Assembly: GCA_002269645.1 (NCBI GenBank)
Contig: NIVC01000707.1
Location: 1-64,000, forward strand
Direction: 5' to 3'
Length of the DNA: 64,000 nt
Origin: Macrostomum lignano
Taxonomy: Eukaryota
The translations under genes and the position numbers were made by a program. This document shows, piece after piece, positions 36,461 to 50,775 of this stretch (the stretch's first letter is position 1; every line of letters starts with the position of its first letter). Below the pieces are notes generated by a model. That model made no database searches. It saw only the letters and a program-made list of their open reading frames with translations, and was not told the origin of the DNA.

Positions 36461-36849
36461 GCCTACTTCAAACTCTCCCTAAACCCAAGCCTCTTTCTCC
36501 TCATCTGTAGCCAAAACGGGTTCAAGAGGACAAGAAATAAGTTTTTCTTGTCGTTTGACAAAACGCTACAAAGATATTTTGTACCAAGTGGATAGGGAAA
36601 AATATCGCAATTGATGTAACCGCCCTTGTCGCCTGTCCGCTCCGTAGAGAGACGAACGCATGACTAGAGGGGGCAATGACCGTAGGCTGCCCATGACCGG
36701 GCAATGACCTGACGGACCTCCAGCACCAGACTGTCCCGCCCACATGATTGATAGCTTTGGTAGCGCTTCGTGACCAGAGGGCCAAGGACCCACATGGACC
36801 CCACCTGTAGCCAAGGTGCAATAGTTGGTCACTCGGTCATAGTATGACC

Positions 36850-37339
36850 CAGGGGCGTAGCCAGAGGGGGGGCAAGGGGGGCCGTGGCCCCCCCCCCAAT
36901 CACCAACTCTGGCCTTGGCGCCCCCCCCTAAAAGAAACTGGCGCCCCCCCTAAAAGAAACTGGCGCCCCCCCCCTCTAAAAGAAACTGGCACCCCCCCCG
37001 TAAAAGAAACTGGCGCCCCCCCTCTAAAAGAAACTGGCACCCCCCTAAAAGAAACTGGCACCCCCCTAAAAAAAACTGGCGCCCCCCCTCTAAAAGAAAC
37101 TGGCGCCCCCCCCCCTAAAAGAAACTGGCGCCCCCCTATAAGAAACTGGCGCCCCCCTATAAGAAACTGGCGCCCCCCTATAAGAAACTGGCGCCCCCCC
37201 CTATAAGAAACTGGCGCCCCCCCCTAAAAGAAACTGGCGCCCCCCCCCCCCCCTATAAGAAACTGGCGCCCCCCTATAAGAAGCTGGCGCCCCCTAACTC
37301 ACGCCCCCCCCCCAATCAAAATTCCTGGCTACGCCCCTG
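36850..37339. mobile_element. hAT-type MITE with an internal ~22-bp tandem repeat
   Basis: TIRs CAGGGGCGTAGCCAG / CTGGCTACGCCCCTG; 8-bp TSD gtatgacc (36842-36849 and 37340-37347). Confidence 0.93.
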
Positions 37340-38374
37340 GTATGACCGAGTGGCTGCCACCACTCTATGTGACCTGGCGCACCTGGATCTTTCTACCAGA
37401 CCTCTCGAGGCTAGAGCCCCGCCTGGATTGGTTACCAGGAGATTTAGGCTAACAGGGGAGACACATGCAGCCGAGTACAGGGACTCTGCTTGGGGCATGA
37501 TCGGCAACTCTGGGCTCAATCTGGAGGATTTCTCAGCAGGGGATCCTTTGTGGCTGTGAGCGAGGCTGACTTGCGACTTTGATTACTAAGAGTAGTATGA
37601 GGCGAACATGTACTGTCTATAGTTTAGATTGCTCAGGGCGAAGGGACGCGTCAGCATGGGGTTGCAACCTTCCTACTGCCATTCTGTGCCAAGACTCGCT
37701 AATCCCTCTACGGCACGCACACACGGCCCCGCAGCACGCACTCACAGGCGGGCTTTGCACGGGGAGAGGCCATTAGCTTACCCAAACTTCCTTATGCTTA
37801 GCCACCCCGGGAGAAAGGCTTAGCAAGCCATGAGTGAAATGATGGTGAAAGAGTGAATAATGATGAGGTTAGTTAATGGTTAATAATTAGGCCCTTAGGC
37901 AAATAGTCAAACAATTAGGCGGCTTCACTGTTGAGTAAAATACAGCAAAATTTACGGTATCACAATTGGCTCGGCTCTCTAATTAAGCAATGGCAAATAG
38001 GCAAACCCCGGATAAGCAAGGCGATTAGAGCACAAATTAGTAATAGGAACTTACCGGCAGCTGCACAGAGAGAGAGAGAGGCGGAGTGACCGAGGGCGGC
38101 TGTAGGCTGCAGTCAGGCGGACAGTGAAGCGGCGATGCGCTGAAGCGACGAGGCGCTGATGTAGATCAGGCGATGCTGATGATGCTGGGCGGTATCAGAC
38201 CGCTGGCCGATAGGGGAGCTCACTTGGGGAGCTGGAGATAACTTGGCGGTAACAGACCGCGGACCGGCAGAGGTTCGTCCTACAGACGAATAGGTCAGAA
38301 CTACGTCTGACAGCAAGTCCAAAGAAAGACGAGGAGCCCGAAGGTTGAGGATTCTCATGCCGAAAACCGCTTCC

Positions 38375-38465
38375 TTATATAGCCTTCCCAGCCGCCGCTC
38401 CAAGGTCGTTTCCATGACTCCCTCTCTCTGATTGGCTGCCGGCAGAATGACGTCAGAATGAGTCA
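38375..38465 (-). promoter_or_regulatory. Candidate Pol II promoter: AP-1, CRE, CCAAT and TATA in canonical order on the minus strand
   Basis: TGAGTCA 38459-38465, TGACGTCA 38448-38455, ATTGG 38431-38435, TTATATA 38375-38381; downstream donor CCG|GTAAGT at 38055/38054. Confidence 0.45.
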
Positions 38466-39519
38466 TGATGAGAAGCATGAGACCGGCATAGCAACATGAG
38501 AAATGGGAGAATTGCGCAATCCGGAGGTGAGGTGGGGGGATAATTGGCGCAGCGGGAGGTCGCAAAAGTGTTGCGCAAGCAAACACTGAGAACAATGGAG
38601 CTGGGGTCGAGAACAAAGGAATTGGAAAACGGGGATAATTGGGGAGAACCGAGAACAATAGAAAAGCAAACATTGGGGAAAAGGTGATAATTAGGTGCGA
38701 AAACGAGAACAATAGAAAGAGAAAATCGGAGAAAATGTGATAATTGGTGGGGGTCGAGAGAACAAAAGAAGCAAAAACGAGAACAATAGAAGCGGAGGTG
38801 GGGTGGGTGTCACATGAGAAATTTGGGAAGGAGAACAATAGCGTGAGAAAAGGTTGCGCAAGAGAGGGGGATGAGTCATCGATGAGTCATCGAGGGGAAG
38901 AAGGGGTCACACGACTTGCGTCATCGTTTGGGAGTTTGAGAAGGGATGGGGTGACGGTGAGCGCACAAAATACTGTAAGTAGACGCAGAGAAAGGGAGGA
39001 CAGCGCAGGAAAATAGGGCGAAAAGGGGCAAAAAGAGGGGAGACAGGAAGAGTGCATAGAGAATAGGGAGGCGCGCAGGGGAGATAGGGTAGAGGGGGAG
39101 GTACAAAGAGGGAGGGGGAAGCTCCGCAAATGCAAGTGTGGCGGCAGGGGAGACGGAGCCAAGGCAGCAGGGGGGTGCAGCAGAGCGGGAGTCTCCAGGC
39201 CTCGTCGAAGACCTGGCCGAGTCTCAACAGCTCTGTGCAGGGGGTGCACGGCGATAGGAGGCACTTTCGAAAAAGTTCCCCTGCCCTATCCCGCGACCAG
39301 AGCGTGGTTATATCACAATACCCTTCTTTTATCGGGTACATTAAGCACCAGATCAGGCGAGGAGAATGACAGAAAGACTCAGAATGAATAATAAATTAAT
39401 ACAGAGACCATTGATCATGATCAGAGATTGCCTCTTAAACAGTCTTTCACAGATTTCATCTTGCACTCTCGTTTAAATATTTTGTCATTTCTTTTTAAGC
39501 CTATTTTTAGATTTTGTAA

Positions 39520-40034
39520 ATGCAACTACATGCACTTGCATCTTGCTTTGTTGTTGTCCAGTACGTAAGTTTGCTTGAAAATAACACAAATGGCATCAGT
39601 TCTCATCAACCCAAAACTACCAACAGGCGCCATCAACCGTCGACTGCATCGAGCTCCACTCGCGTTGATCGCCCGGCATCTCCACAACCAGAAGATCAGC
39701 ATCACGAGATTCACGACAGCTCAGCAACGGAGCTGACCCTTCTCGGCGGTGGGATTCAAGCAAGCCAACAGCCAGACGACAGCTGCAGGCTCTCAGCAGC
39801 GTCGCCGACAACCATGTTGAAGCCGCAGCCGCTGTCGCCAGCGTCGACAAACCGACGTCAGTATCGGGCAGCGGCCGGTGGCCGTCTTGACGCCATGGCA
39901 CCGGAAACCAAACTGCGACTGCAGCGACTGTTGCGTCAGAACGCCGGCGTGTTGCGTCAGGACGCTACCAGCATTCTACTTGGCGTGTACAGCATTGCGC
40001 CAGGACAGATGAGCAACAAGGAGCTGGACAAGAG
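39520..40034 (+). CDS. Membrane-protein gene, candidate variable exon V2 (...MAPETKLRLQRLLRQ...SNKELDKR); exact 5' end uncertain
   Basis: GC-rich 172-codon ORF ending at donor AG|GTGAGG in phase 2. Confidence 0.6.
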
Positions 40035-41928
40035 GTGAGGCGGGCCGCTGCCTTTGATTTGCGGCGTTGCTGTTGGATTGGCAGATTCCAGGCAGGGGAA
40101 TCTTCGCCATGTTTGGACTTTAAAGGAGACTGAAGAATATGAGAAGAGACGATTAGCTGATTATCACTAAAATTCGATTTTTCACTCTAAGAAATGTGAA
40201 AATCACTTTTGACTACTTATGAGTAGTCTAGGACAGGACTGCAAAATAGATGACAGGTTCTACCAAAATATTATAAGTAGCTCTTTATAGGACCCAGAAA
40301 ACCCGCACACTTTGATACATTCGACACGTGAAACTTTAGTAAAATCTCATGCGCATACAGATGAACTATACTTGCAAGGTCCCAGTGTTAGTGTGTGCCT
40401 GCGCACTGCAGTATTGGCGCTCTTGCTCAGGAGTCAGCAAAATTGCCTCATTGTTGCGCCATGGTTCATACATCTTTGTTCATCATACATCTAAATATTG
40501 TTTTTTTCTTACTAAACTAAAACTCATTCCTATAATTGCTTAGGTCGTCCAAACCAGCATACTGAATATCGTGGGGTCTTTTATCACCCGACAAAAATGA
40601 AGCAAGCGATGTGCTGTATGTAGTTATTAATTCGTAATATTAAAGTCTCCATATAAAGTACACTTTCGTGATCTTGCAACACGTGTACTCATAACCAAGC
40701 CTAAATATATCTTTCCTAGCTGGATAAATCAAAGACAAAAGTCCTGACAGTCAGAACCATCTCTACAAGACGCGATCCATTAACTTGCTGGCTCTGCTCT
40801 CCATAACAACGGAAAATTTATGACTTCCTGCCTGCACTTCTATACTTCCATTAGCCATCGATTGGCACAGCGTTCGGATGCGAACGACCCCAGAGATTTG
40901 ATGCCAGGAGATTGAGGCATAAAATCTGCACGCGTCTTTTGAGTGTCTGCATACTGAAAAGTGCTGCAATAACCAATGAACCGGCGAGGAAAGGGAGCAG
41001 ATTGACCAACTCGATTCGCTCTATATCGACCGGGCGGGGCTGTTTTGTTTAAATTCTGTGCACATTTTTGCTACCTTCTCCGTGCGGCTCGGCGCTTAGT
41101 CACTAAAAACCTAGGGCCCCAATTATAAACTCTATCCGCGATCTCGATGGCTTGAAATATTTTCGTTCGTCCATGGAAACCAGCCCAAGTGCATGTCGGG
41201 GCAAGCAAGACTCGGTACTAAAATTTGCATGCATCAGCCAAGCGCATCATAAAGTTTTACTGAGTTCCAGCAATGTATTACTTGTGCCAAACATCGAAAA
41301 AATGCAAAACACAAGCTTGGGGCCTGCTATAAAGTAGTGCATGGGGCAAATTTGAAATCTAAAATCGAATTGTAAATATTTGTATAATGTTCAGCATTAG
41401 ACAGAACAGATGGCTTTTATAGAAAGTGTGTATTTAGCAGACATAGCCATCTGATAGAGATTCGTTGCATCTCTTCTGCAGCCATGTTTGATCACCCATT
41501 GTAACACGATTTAAATGTGTAAAAGCGTGCATTAAACGGCTTGTGGTCGCGTATTGGCAAGCCAGAGTCATTTAACGCACGAGCAATATATACCGTGATT
41601 AGAATGAATCAAAGAAGTAAATGCATTAAATTTTGTATATATTAGAAATATTTTCAACTATAGTTTTGTTTCTTATCAAATCCTGTAGCAGGAAGTAAAA
41701 TATATGTTATTAGAAACAGAAAAGTCTCAAATCCTCAACGATAGATGATGAGAGGATAATTAAGATGCAACAAGGCTGCATCAGTTCTCCTGTCTACTTT
41801 CGATTCTTCTAGGAAGCCAATTTTTTTACTATAGCTGTAAAACAGACTTGTTACCTGCCCAGCCGGCATGAACTACCTAATGAGCTGACCGCCCAAATTC
41901 TGCAACAGAAAAGTGGGAACTTCCAATC

Positions 41929-43480
<1,552 letters not shown>

Positions 43481-44591
43481 TATAATATATACTTTACAGT
43501 TGTCTCAAAGTCTTAGATATGGTTTTACTGGCTTGGTCTCATTCTATGTGCAAATTTTTATTTGCATTACTCTAATTTTGATTATGGATTGGGCACAGAG
43601 CATTTGTGACCCCTGGAGAGATCGTGGCGTGGATGCATACTGATAGAGTTATTAGGGATTCAAGGAACCCTCTGAGCAGTGGACTCAGTGAGTATAGCTA
43701 GCTCACTGATAAGTAGATGGAAATGAAATATTTGATTGATTCCGCGCGATCAGCAAGACTGTAGGCCGCGTGAGGAGCTCCTGGAATGCCACTTTCATTA
43801 CAAATGATGCCTGGTGGAGCGAAAAAAGTGGGTCGTCCAGTCCAGCGAAGAGAAACACAGAGCTGGCCCGAAGCGGTGAAAAGCGAAAGAGCGAGTGGTC
43901 AAAAGGCCCCTGTCGGCTACTAGTAGGGGGAGTCAGCTCCAGGCGCATGAGAAAGATGATGGGTTGATGCGATTGCATCTCAGGCGAGCGAATGGAACTC
44001 AAGACTGCTCATTGGCTCTATACTTTCCCAGCACTTTCTTTTCTCCATTTTAAGCCCAAGCCCCAACTCGCCTGAGGGCAGTCGACGTGGAACGAGACAG
44101 CACCGCCCGGCTAGAAGATTAGTGGCTCGCTAATAAAGCAAACTGACTGATTAGGAACCTAGAGTATCTAGGTGGAGAGATTATTAATAGTTCTCCTCCA
44201 CAGCGTAAAGTGGTCGACAGAGTAATAAAGCGGATTCTCAGAAGAAAATATCGAAGCAAAGAATACCAGCGGATTTTTAATAAAGAATCGCTCCGCAAAA
44301 CAGCTGTGGCGTAAGGAGTTACGATAAGGCAGGCTGTGGACTAAAGCTTTCGCCCTTCATATTTCTTTCTCGTTTTCCCTGAGGAACGTCAGAAGCAGGC
44401 AGACAGCTGCAGCATACTTAGCCATTTCGCTTTCCATTTCCCGGCTTTCATCAGCTGTCTTAGCTTGGACTTCGCTGCGCTGCTAAACAGTGGCTAGAAG
44501 AAACAGACAGGCAGAAGTCTGCAACCAACCGGCACCTTCCTCTGAGAGGGGTTGTAGTAAGGAAAACTAGCAATCAAAAGCAGAAGGCGCA

Positions 44592-44992
44592 ATGCACTCT
44601 CTGAGGCAGCAGCAGCAGCAGGGCGGCCATCCAGACTCTTCGCCATCTCTCAAGCTGCCGCTGCAGTTCGGATCGCCACCAGTCTGGAACGGAAGCGAGC
44701 TGTGCGGTGGAAAGCTGTCGCCCATGCATCTGGACTGCTGCCTCGGAGACCGCTGCGACGGCGCTCAGGCCAACGACCAACGGGCGGGACGGACGGGAAA
44801 CGATCGATGTTCTTTTTCGAAGAATCGAACTCCAACACCGGTGGCTGTTCCGACCGAGCAGCTGGAGAATGATCAGCAAGCCAGACTGTCTGTCAGCGTC
44901 GCTGGGGGCTCCTCGGACCAGGAGGCCGTGATTGGCAGCTGGCCGCCCCTGCCGCCGAAAGGAATTCGAAAGAAGGCGGCGGAGACGCTGGG
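44592..44992 (+). CDS. Membrane-protein gene, candidate variable exon V3 (MHSLRQQQQQGG...KKAAETLG)
   Basis: In-frame stop at 44568, then an ATG; the ORF ends at donor GG|GTGAAG in phase 2. Confidence 0.55.
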
Positions 44993-46134
44993 GTGAAGTG
45001 TTTATCTTGCTGCTTTTTTGCTAGCTGCAATTCGGTTGTTGACTTTTAATGAGGCCGAGTAGTGAATCTACGGCTCGTATGAATCTTGTCCAAAAAGTGT
45101 ATAGATTATTTTGTTTAAATTGGTTGATGAAAACTCCATTATGTCTAAAATTTCTTTAATGTAAAGTTAAAGCAGTGAGGGATCTATTTCTCAATACTTA
45201 CGTATAGTTCTCAAGTCACAAATTCCTTGCTCAAACTCACTATTTCTAATATTTCTCAGCATCTTCTCTTGATTGGAAAGTATTATAGGATTATAAATCA
45301 GAGTGGAGCAAATTTATCTGCATGTACCAAGGAAGGTTAGAAGTTCCCTGATTGACTGATGGGTAGTTTCTTGGATGATATAAATTATCTTCAGTTTTTG
45401 GCAGCAAAACGGATCTTCATAGCATGAATTTTGAGACAGGAACTCGTATGCTGTTCGGATACTAAATTAGCATCAAGTTAGCAATTTAGATTAGCCGTGC
45501 ACAAATCTCTAAAAAACTTGCTTTGCTCATTTGCTTCTAGGAGTACAGAATTCCTCCTCGGTCTGGGAGGCATGACTGGCAAAGAAATTAATCTTAGTTT
45601 TGCATGCGCACCACTCAATCATGATGGATAGAGGAGCTAATTTGCAGATATCTAACATTGCTCTCCCCAGAGGAACCAAAAAACTGATTGAAACGAGCAT
45701 ATTAGCAATGTGAATCTGTCTTGTAAAAAATTCAGGTTGGATATTTTACTGTAGCTGTGGACAAGTTTAAATCCGGATGCTCGCGTAAGAAATCGTTTCT
45801 ACTAAAAGTAGTGTTAATCAGGTTCAAAAATGAATCGTCTAAAATTGACAATGGTAAATACGTAATCGCAAGGTTGCATGCAGTGACATATAAATGACTT
45901 CAAATATGCAGATTTAACAGGTTAAAGGCTTAATAAACTATACCGGTATAAACGCTCGTGAAACCAACTTTGAAGCTTTTTAAGCACAAAGCTAGTGGAG
46001 GTTTCTATAAGAAAGTCAAATAGAATGCTTTTTTAAGGCAAGCAACGAACAACAAGCGAGATTTAAAAAAAAATTGCACTATCTGCTACAAATAACAAAG
46101 ACTGTACGACTGCCACTTCTCGTCTTCCTTGGGT

Positions 46135-47965
46135 GAAAGCAAGGTTTACAAGGGAATCGCTGAGATGTCAAGGCTTACTGAGGGAATTGCTGAGATGTCA
46201 AGGCTTACAAGGGGAATTGCTGAGATGTCAAGGCTTACAAAGGGAATTGCTGAGATGTCAAGGCTTACAAGGGGAATTGCTGATATATCAAGGCTTACAA
46301 GGGGAATTGCTGAGATGTCAAGGCTTAAAGAGGGAATCGCTGAGATGTCAAGGCTTACAAAGGGAATTGCTGAGATATCAAGGTTTACAAGGGGAATTGC
46401 TGAGATGTCAAGGCTTACTGAGAGAATTGCTGAGATGTCAAGGCTTACAAGGGGAATTGCTGAGATGTCAAGGCTTACAAGGGGAATTGCTGAGATGTCA
46501 AGGCTTACAAAGGGAATTGCTGAGATGTCAAGGCTTAAAGAGGGAATCGCTGAGATGTCAAGGCTTACAAAGGGAATTGCTGAGATATCAAGGTTTACAA
46601 GGGGAATTGCTGAGATGTCAAGGCTTACTGAGAGAATTGCTGAGATGTCAAGGCTTACAAGGGGAATTGCTGAGATGTCAAGGCTTACAAGGGGAATCGC
46701 TGAGATGTCAAGGCTTACAAAGGGAATTGCTGAGATATCAAGGTTTACAAGGGGAATTGCTGAGATGTCAAGGCTTACTGAGAGAATTGCTGAGATGTCA
46801 AGGCTTACAAGGGGAATTGCTGAGATGTCAAGGCTTACAAAGGGAATTGCTGAGATATCAAGGTTTACAAGGGGAATTGCTGAGATGTCAAGGCTTACTG
46901 AGAGAATTGCTGAGATGTCAAGGCTTACTGAGAGAATTGCTGAGATGTCAAGGCTTACAAGGGGAATTGCTGAGATGTCAAGGCTTACAAAGGGAATTGC
47001 TGAGATGTCAAGGCTTACAAGGGGAATTGCTGAGATGTCAAGGCTTAAAGAGGGAATCGCTGAGATGTCAAGGCTTACAAGGGGAATCGCTGAGATGTCA
47101 AGGCTTAAAGAGGGAATCGCTGAGATGTCAAGGCTTACAAGGGGAATCGCTGAGATTTCAAGGCTTAAAGAGGGAATTGCTGAGATGTCAAGGCTTACAA
47201 GGGGAATTGCTGAGATGTCAAGGCTTAAAGAGGGAATCGCTGAGATGTCAAGGCTTACAAGGGGAATCGCTGAGATGTCAAGGCTTAAAGAGGGAATCGC
47301 TGAGATGTCAAGGCTTACAAGGGGAATTGCTGAGATGTCAAGGCTTAAAGAGGGAATCGCTGAGATGTCAAGGCTTACAAGGGGAATCGCTGAGATGTCA
47401 AGGCTTACAAAGGGAATTGCTGAGATGTCAAGGCTTACAAGGGGAATTGCTGATATGTCAAGGCTTACAAGGGGAATTGCTGAGATGTCAAGGCTTAAAG
47501 AGGGAATCGCTGAGATGTCAAGGCTTACAAGGGGAATCGCTGAGATGTCAAGGCTTAAAGAGGGAATCGCTGAGATGTCAAGGCTTACAAGGGGAATCGC
47601 TGAGATTTCAAGGCTTAAAGAGGGAATTGCTGAGATGTCAAGGCTTACAAGGGGAATTGCTGAGATGTCAAGGCTTACAAGGGGAATTGCTGAGATGTCA
47701 AGGCTTACAAGGGGAATCGCTGAGATTTCAAGGCTTAAAGAGGGAATCGCTGAGATGTCAAGGCTTACAAGGGGAATTGCTGAGATGTCAAGGCTTACAA
47801 AGGGAATTGCTGAAATGTCAAGGCTTACAAGGGGAATCGCTGAGATTTCAAGGCTTAAAGAGGGAATCGCTGAGATGTCAAGGCTTACAAGGGGAATTGC
47901 TGAGATGTCAAGGCTTACAAAGGGAATTGCTGAAATGTCAAGGCTTACAAGGGGAATTGCTAAGA
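46135..47965. repeat. 30-bp satellite (AGGCTTACAAGGGGAATTGCTGAGATGTCA), ~61 units with higher-order structure
   Basis: Strict 30-bp period; variant monomers recur in blocks. Confidence 0.98.
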
Positions 47966-48727
47966 TGAGAGGTACATGTAGTTTATTCAAGAAATTTTAT
48001 TCCCTTCTTTGTTGGCCTCCTATCGGGGGGCACTTATTGTTTGTTAGTCTGAGATCTATTTTGTTTTGCCACTGCACAATGAATTCAACTGCAGATTGCG
48101 TACGGCTATAGAATTTCAGCAGTAATAGCGATAGCTAAAACGCTGTCATTCTTTGGACAGAAGTCCATCATCAGCGTATGGATAGTTGATGCAGAACTTC
48201 TTAAGCGGTCTACGCTGTATTTGCTAATGCTTCAATTCGAGCAGAAGAATGTGTACATATGCTGGTAGTTAAAAATCATCTTTTGATGGTAAGGGATTTG
48301 CCTGATCGTTCTCTCTCTCTCACTCAGCCGGTGCAGTATAGAGGTTCGAATGTTTTCCTCTGAAAAGATCGGAAAAAGTGCCATTCAGCTGCAGCCAACA
48401 GCCAATCTTGTAGATTTTTGGGGCAGCCAACTCTTACAGTCAGCTGAAATGGGGGATTTTTCTGCTGTAAGCATGCTTTTGAATACGTATACGGCTTGCT
48501 GTGAGCTGGGGGGCTGTGAAGGGGGCGAACGACGTGCATGCACACACGACCCCTCTTCTCAACTCTCATCCCGCTCCTGAACTCTCCTCTCTCTCTCTTT
48601 GCGTCTTCCAATAGGCGTCCAAGTCCAACGCAATTCATTTTTCTTGAGGGGGGAAGTGGGATCTCTTAGTTTTCTCTCTGACGCGACGCGACGTTCTCCC
48701 ACTTTTCCTTGCAGCTTTTCGCCTCTT

Positions 48728-48764
<37 letters not shown>

Positions 48765-49042
48765 CTCCCTATTTTCTTTAGCTATACTCCCCTCCGCTCA
48801 GTCCCGCTCCGCCAGAACTCTAAATACTATCGTAACTTCCAAACACAGCTATTTTCCTCTCTCATTTTTTCTCCTTGCGGGAAGTCCAATTAATAAAAAA
48901 ATAAAAAATCAGAGCAGTTATAAAAAGACAAGAAGGCCTCTGGCTCTGAGCAAACTTTCGATTAAGAATCCTCCGCACGATCTGGCGGTGCAGCATGAGC
49001 TTATTAGACTAGCTGACTGGCGCTAGCTTGTATCGGAGCGGC

Positions 49043-49215
49043 ATGACTAACAGCAGCAGAGACAGCAACAGCAGGTGCTTCCGCGATGTCCTGGACATGT
49101 CATCTAATAGACAGTCCTACCCGTCATCTGCAGCCGCTTCAGCAGCTAACTATGAGCTCTGCGAGCCTCTGTTGGCGTCGTCTCCATCGCCTCAGCAGCA
49201 CAGGATCCAGGACAG
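49043..49215 (+). CDS. Membrane-protein gene, candidate variable exon V4 (MTNSSRDSNSRCF...HRIQDR)
   Basis: In-frame stop at 49010, ATG at 49043; composition switches from GC-rich to AT-rich at donor AG|GTTTGA, phase 2 (weaker donor). Confidence 0.5.
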
Positions 49216-49663
49216 GTTTGAAATGAAAATATTTCCTAGAAAGTGTAAATTAAAACAAACGGAGAAATTGAATAACTGTTTTGCTGATCTTAGCTAATCT
49301 ATCAACTCTCCCGTTGAATTAAAATCCGCAGCTGGTCAATTTTACGTTTTTTTACACTTTTCCTCTTCGTAGGAAATATTAAATCCTGGGATGAGAGATT
49401 TCTCTCGCCAAACTGGAATCGCAGCTTTCTCGAGAATGGATTAGCCAGTTTCTTTATTCTAGTATTGGGAAGCAGTTTTTTGTTTCTTACGAGTAAGATG
49501 ACTAAGGATAGTTTTTTCGGACACCAACATTTATTATTGACTTTTTCTTGAAAATATTTTCAATAGCTATATCAACCTAAGAGTACGAGCGTACAGGAGC
49601 CTCGAAGTTACGAGCATGGCCCAAACAACTTAATGCTGCGAGATTCAAGATACGCTCGTCTAC

Positions 49664-49790
<127 letters not shown>

Positions 49791-50118
49791 CCGTTGGGAT
49801 GAAATATATTTACATATTATTCTACCAGAAAATATTGAGAACACAAACAAGAGACGGGGAGTTGACTAAGATCACTGAATGAACTGTACCTTTCCCTGAG
49901 ACACGAGATGCGTTTTGACCAGAACCTTAGGACACTAACGATGCTGGCAGTTTTACTTTCAGACACTGGGTTAAACTTGACCCAGATACTTGCATAGGCG
50001 CGTTCCTCATTCAGCCCGTGCATGTAGCATAAATAAAACCCTGTTAAAAGCAGAAAGTGCAATTACGAGACGAGTATATAACAAGAAGTCGATAAACACT
50101 GAGACCTTTCCACTGCAG

Positions 50119-50315
50119 GTTCTCAGCCGTTGCCATGGAGATGCTCCGTGAGCAGGAGGACCGCGATCTTCACCCGTTCGGCCGGGGCGGTCGCTTCGAA
50201 GGCGTGCTGTACTCGCGTAGAGTTAAAGTTCAAGTCGATCACACCAAATTTTTAGCCTGGATTGTGTTCGCCAGCTTCATTCTGCTCACCTCGGGAGCCA
50301 TCATCTTTCTTGCCG
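50119..50315 (+). CDS. Membrane-protein gene, constant exon encoding a single TM helix (FLAWIVFASFILLTSGAIIFLA)
   Basis: Acceptor tttccactgcag| in phase 2; a 22-aa hydrophobic stretch is preceded by basic residues (RRVK...K); donor CCG|GTAGGT in phase 1. Confidence 0.75.
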
Positions 50316-50359
50316 GTAGGTTTGATTATCTTGCACTGCAGCCTCACTACTCTCTGAAG

Positions 50360-50775
50360 CAGGGGCCGGCCAACTCCGGCCCACAGGCCACATGCGGCCC
50401 GAAAAGCCTCTCCATCCGGCCCTCGGGGCCTTTGAAACTTCTCAATAGCAATGCGCCCGCTCAAGGTTTGTGTCTATTCTTAGCGCTCTCTAATCTTCTT
50501 TCTTCTCTCCTCTCTTCTTCTCCTGTCTCCATCCTATCCTCTCCCTTCTCTCATCGAATTCTCTCCTCTTCTCTCCTCTCTCATCTCTCTTCACTCCTAT
50601 TTCATCTCTCTTCTCGTATCCTCCCGTCTCCTCTCTACTTCTTTACTCCCTCGCCTCTCCTTTCTCTCATCTCTCTTCTTTCTTCTCTATTCTCTCTCTT
50701 TTCTCCCCTCCTCTGGCCCACAGCAATGCGCTAGGTCCTCAATCAGGCCCTTTGGGGGAAAGTTTACAAGACGTT
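50360..50775. mobile_element. Degenerate hAT-like MITE with a CT-rich interior
   Basis: Begins CAGGGGCCGGCCAACTCCGGCCCACAGGCCACATGCGGCCC, a common hAT-MITE left end; the right end is eroded and no TSD was confirmed. Confidence 0.5.

Noticed and set aside
38113-38838. 241-aa minus-strand ORF
   Set aside because: It is mostly the complement of purine-rich repeat-like DNA and runs through promoter motifs; no domain is recognisable.
43754-43967. Additional exon of the membrane-protein gene (SKTVGRVRSSWNATF...)
   Set aside because: The acceptor is phase-compatible but lacks a pyrimidine tract, and there is no convincing phase-2 donor or ATG.
46129-48111. Three ORFs of 611-660 aa
   Set aside because: They are translations of a 30-bp satellite that lacks stops in three frames; there is no unique coding sequence or splice support.
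50316-50734. Continuation of ORF 50135-50734
   Set aside because: Read-through past a good donor into a MITE with a CT-rich interior.
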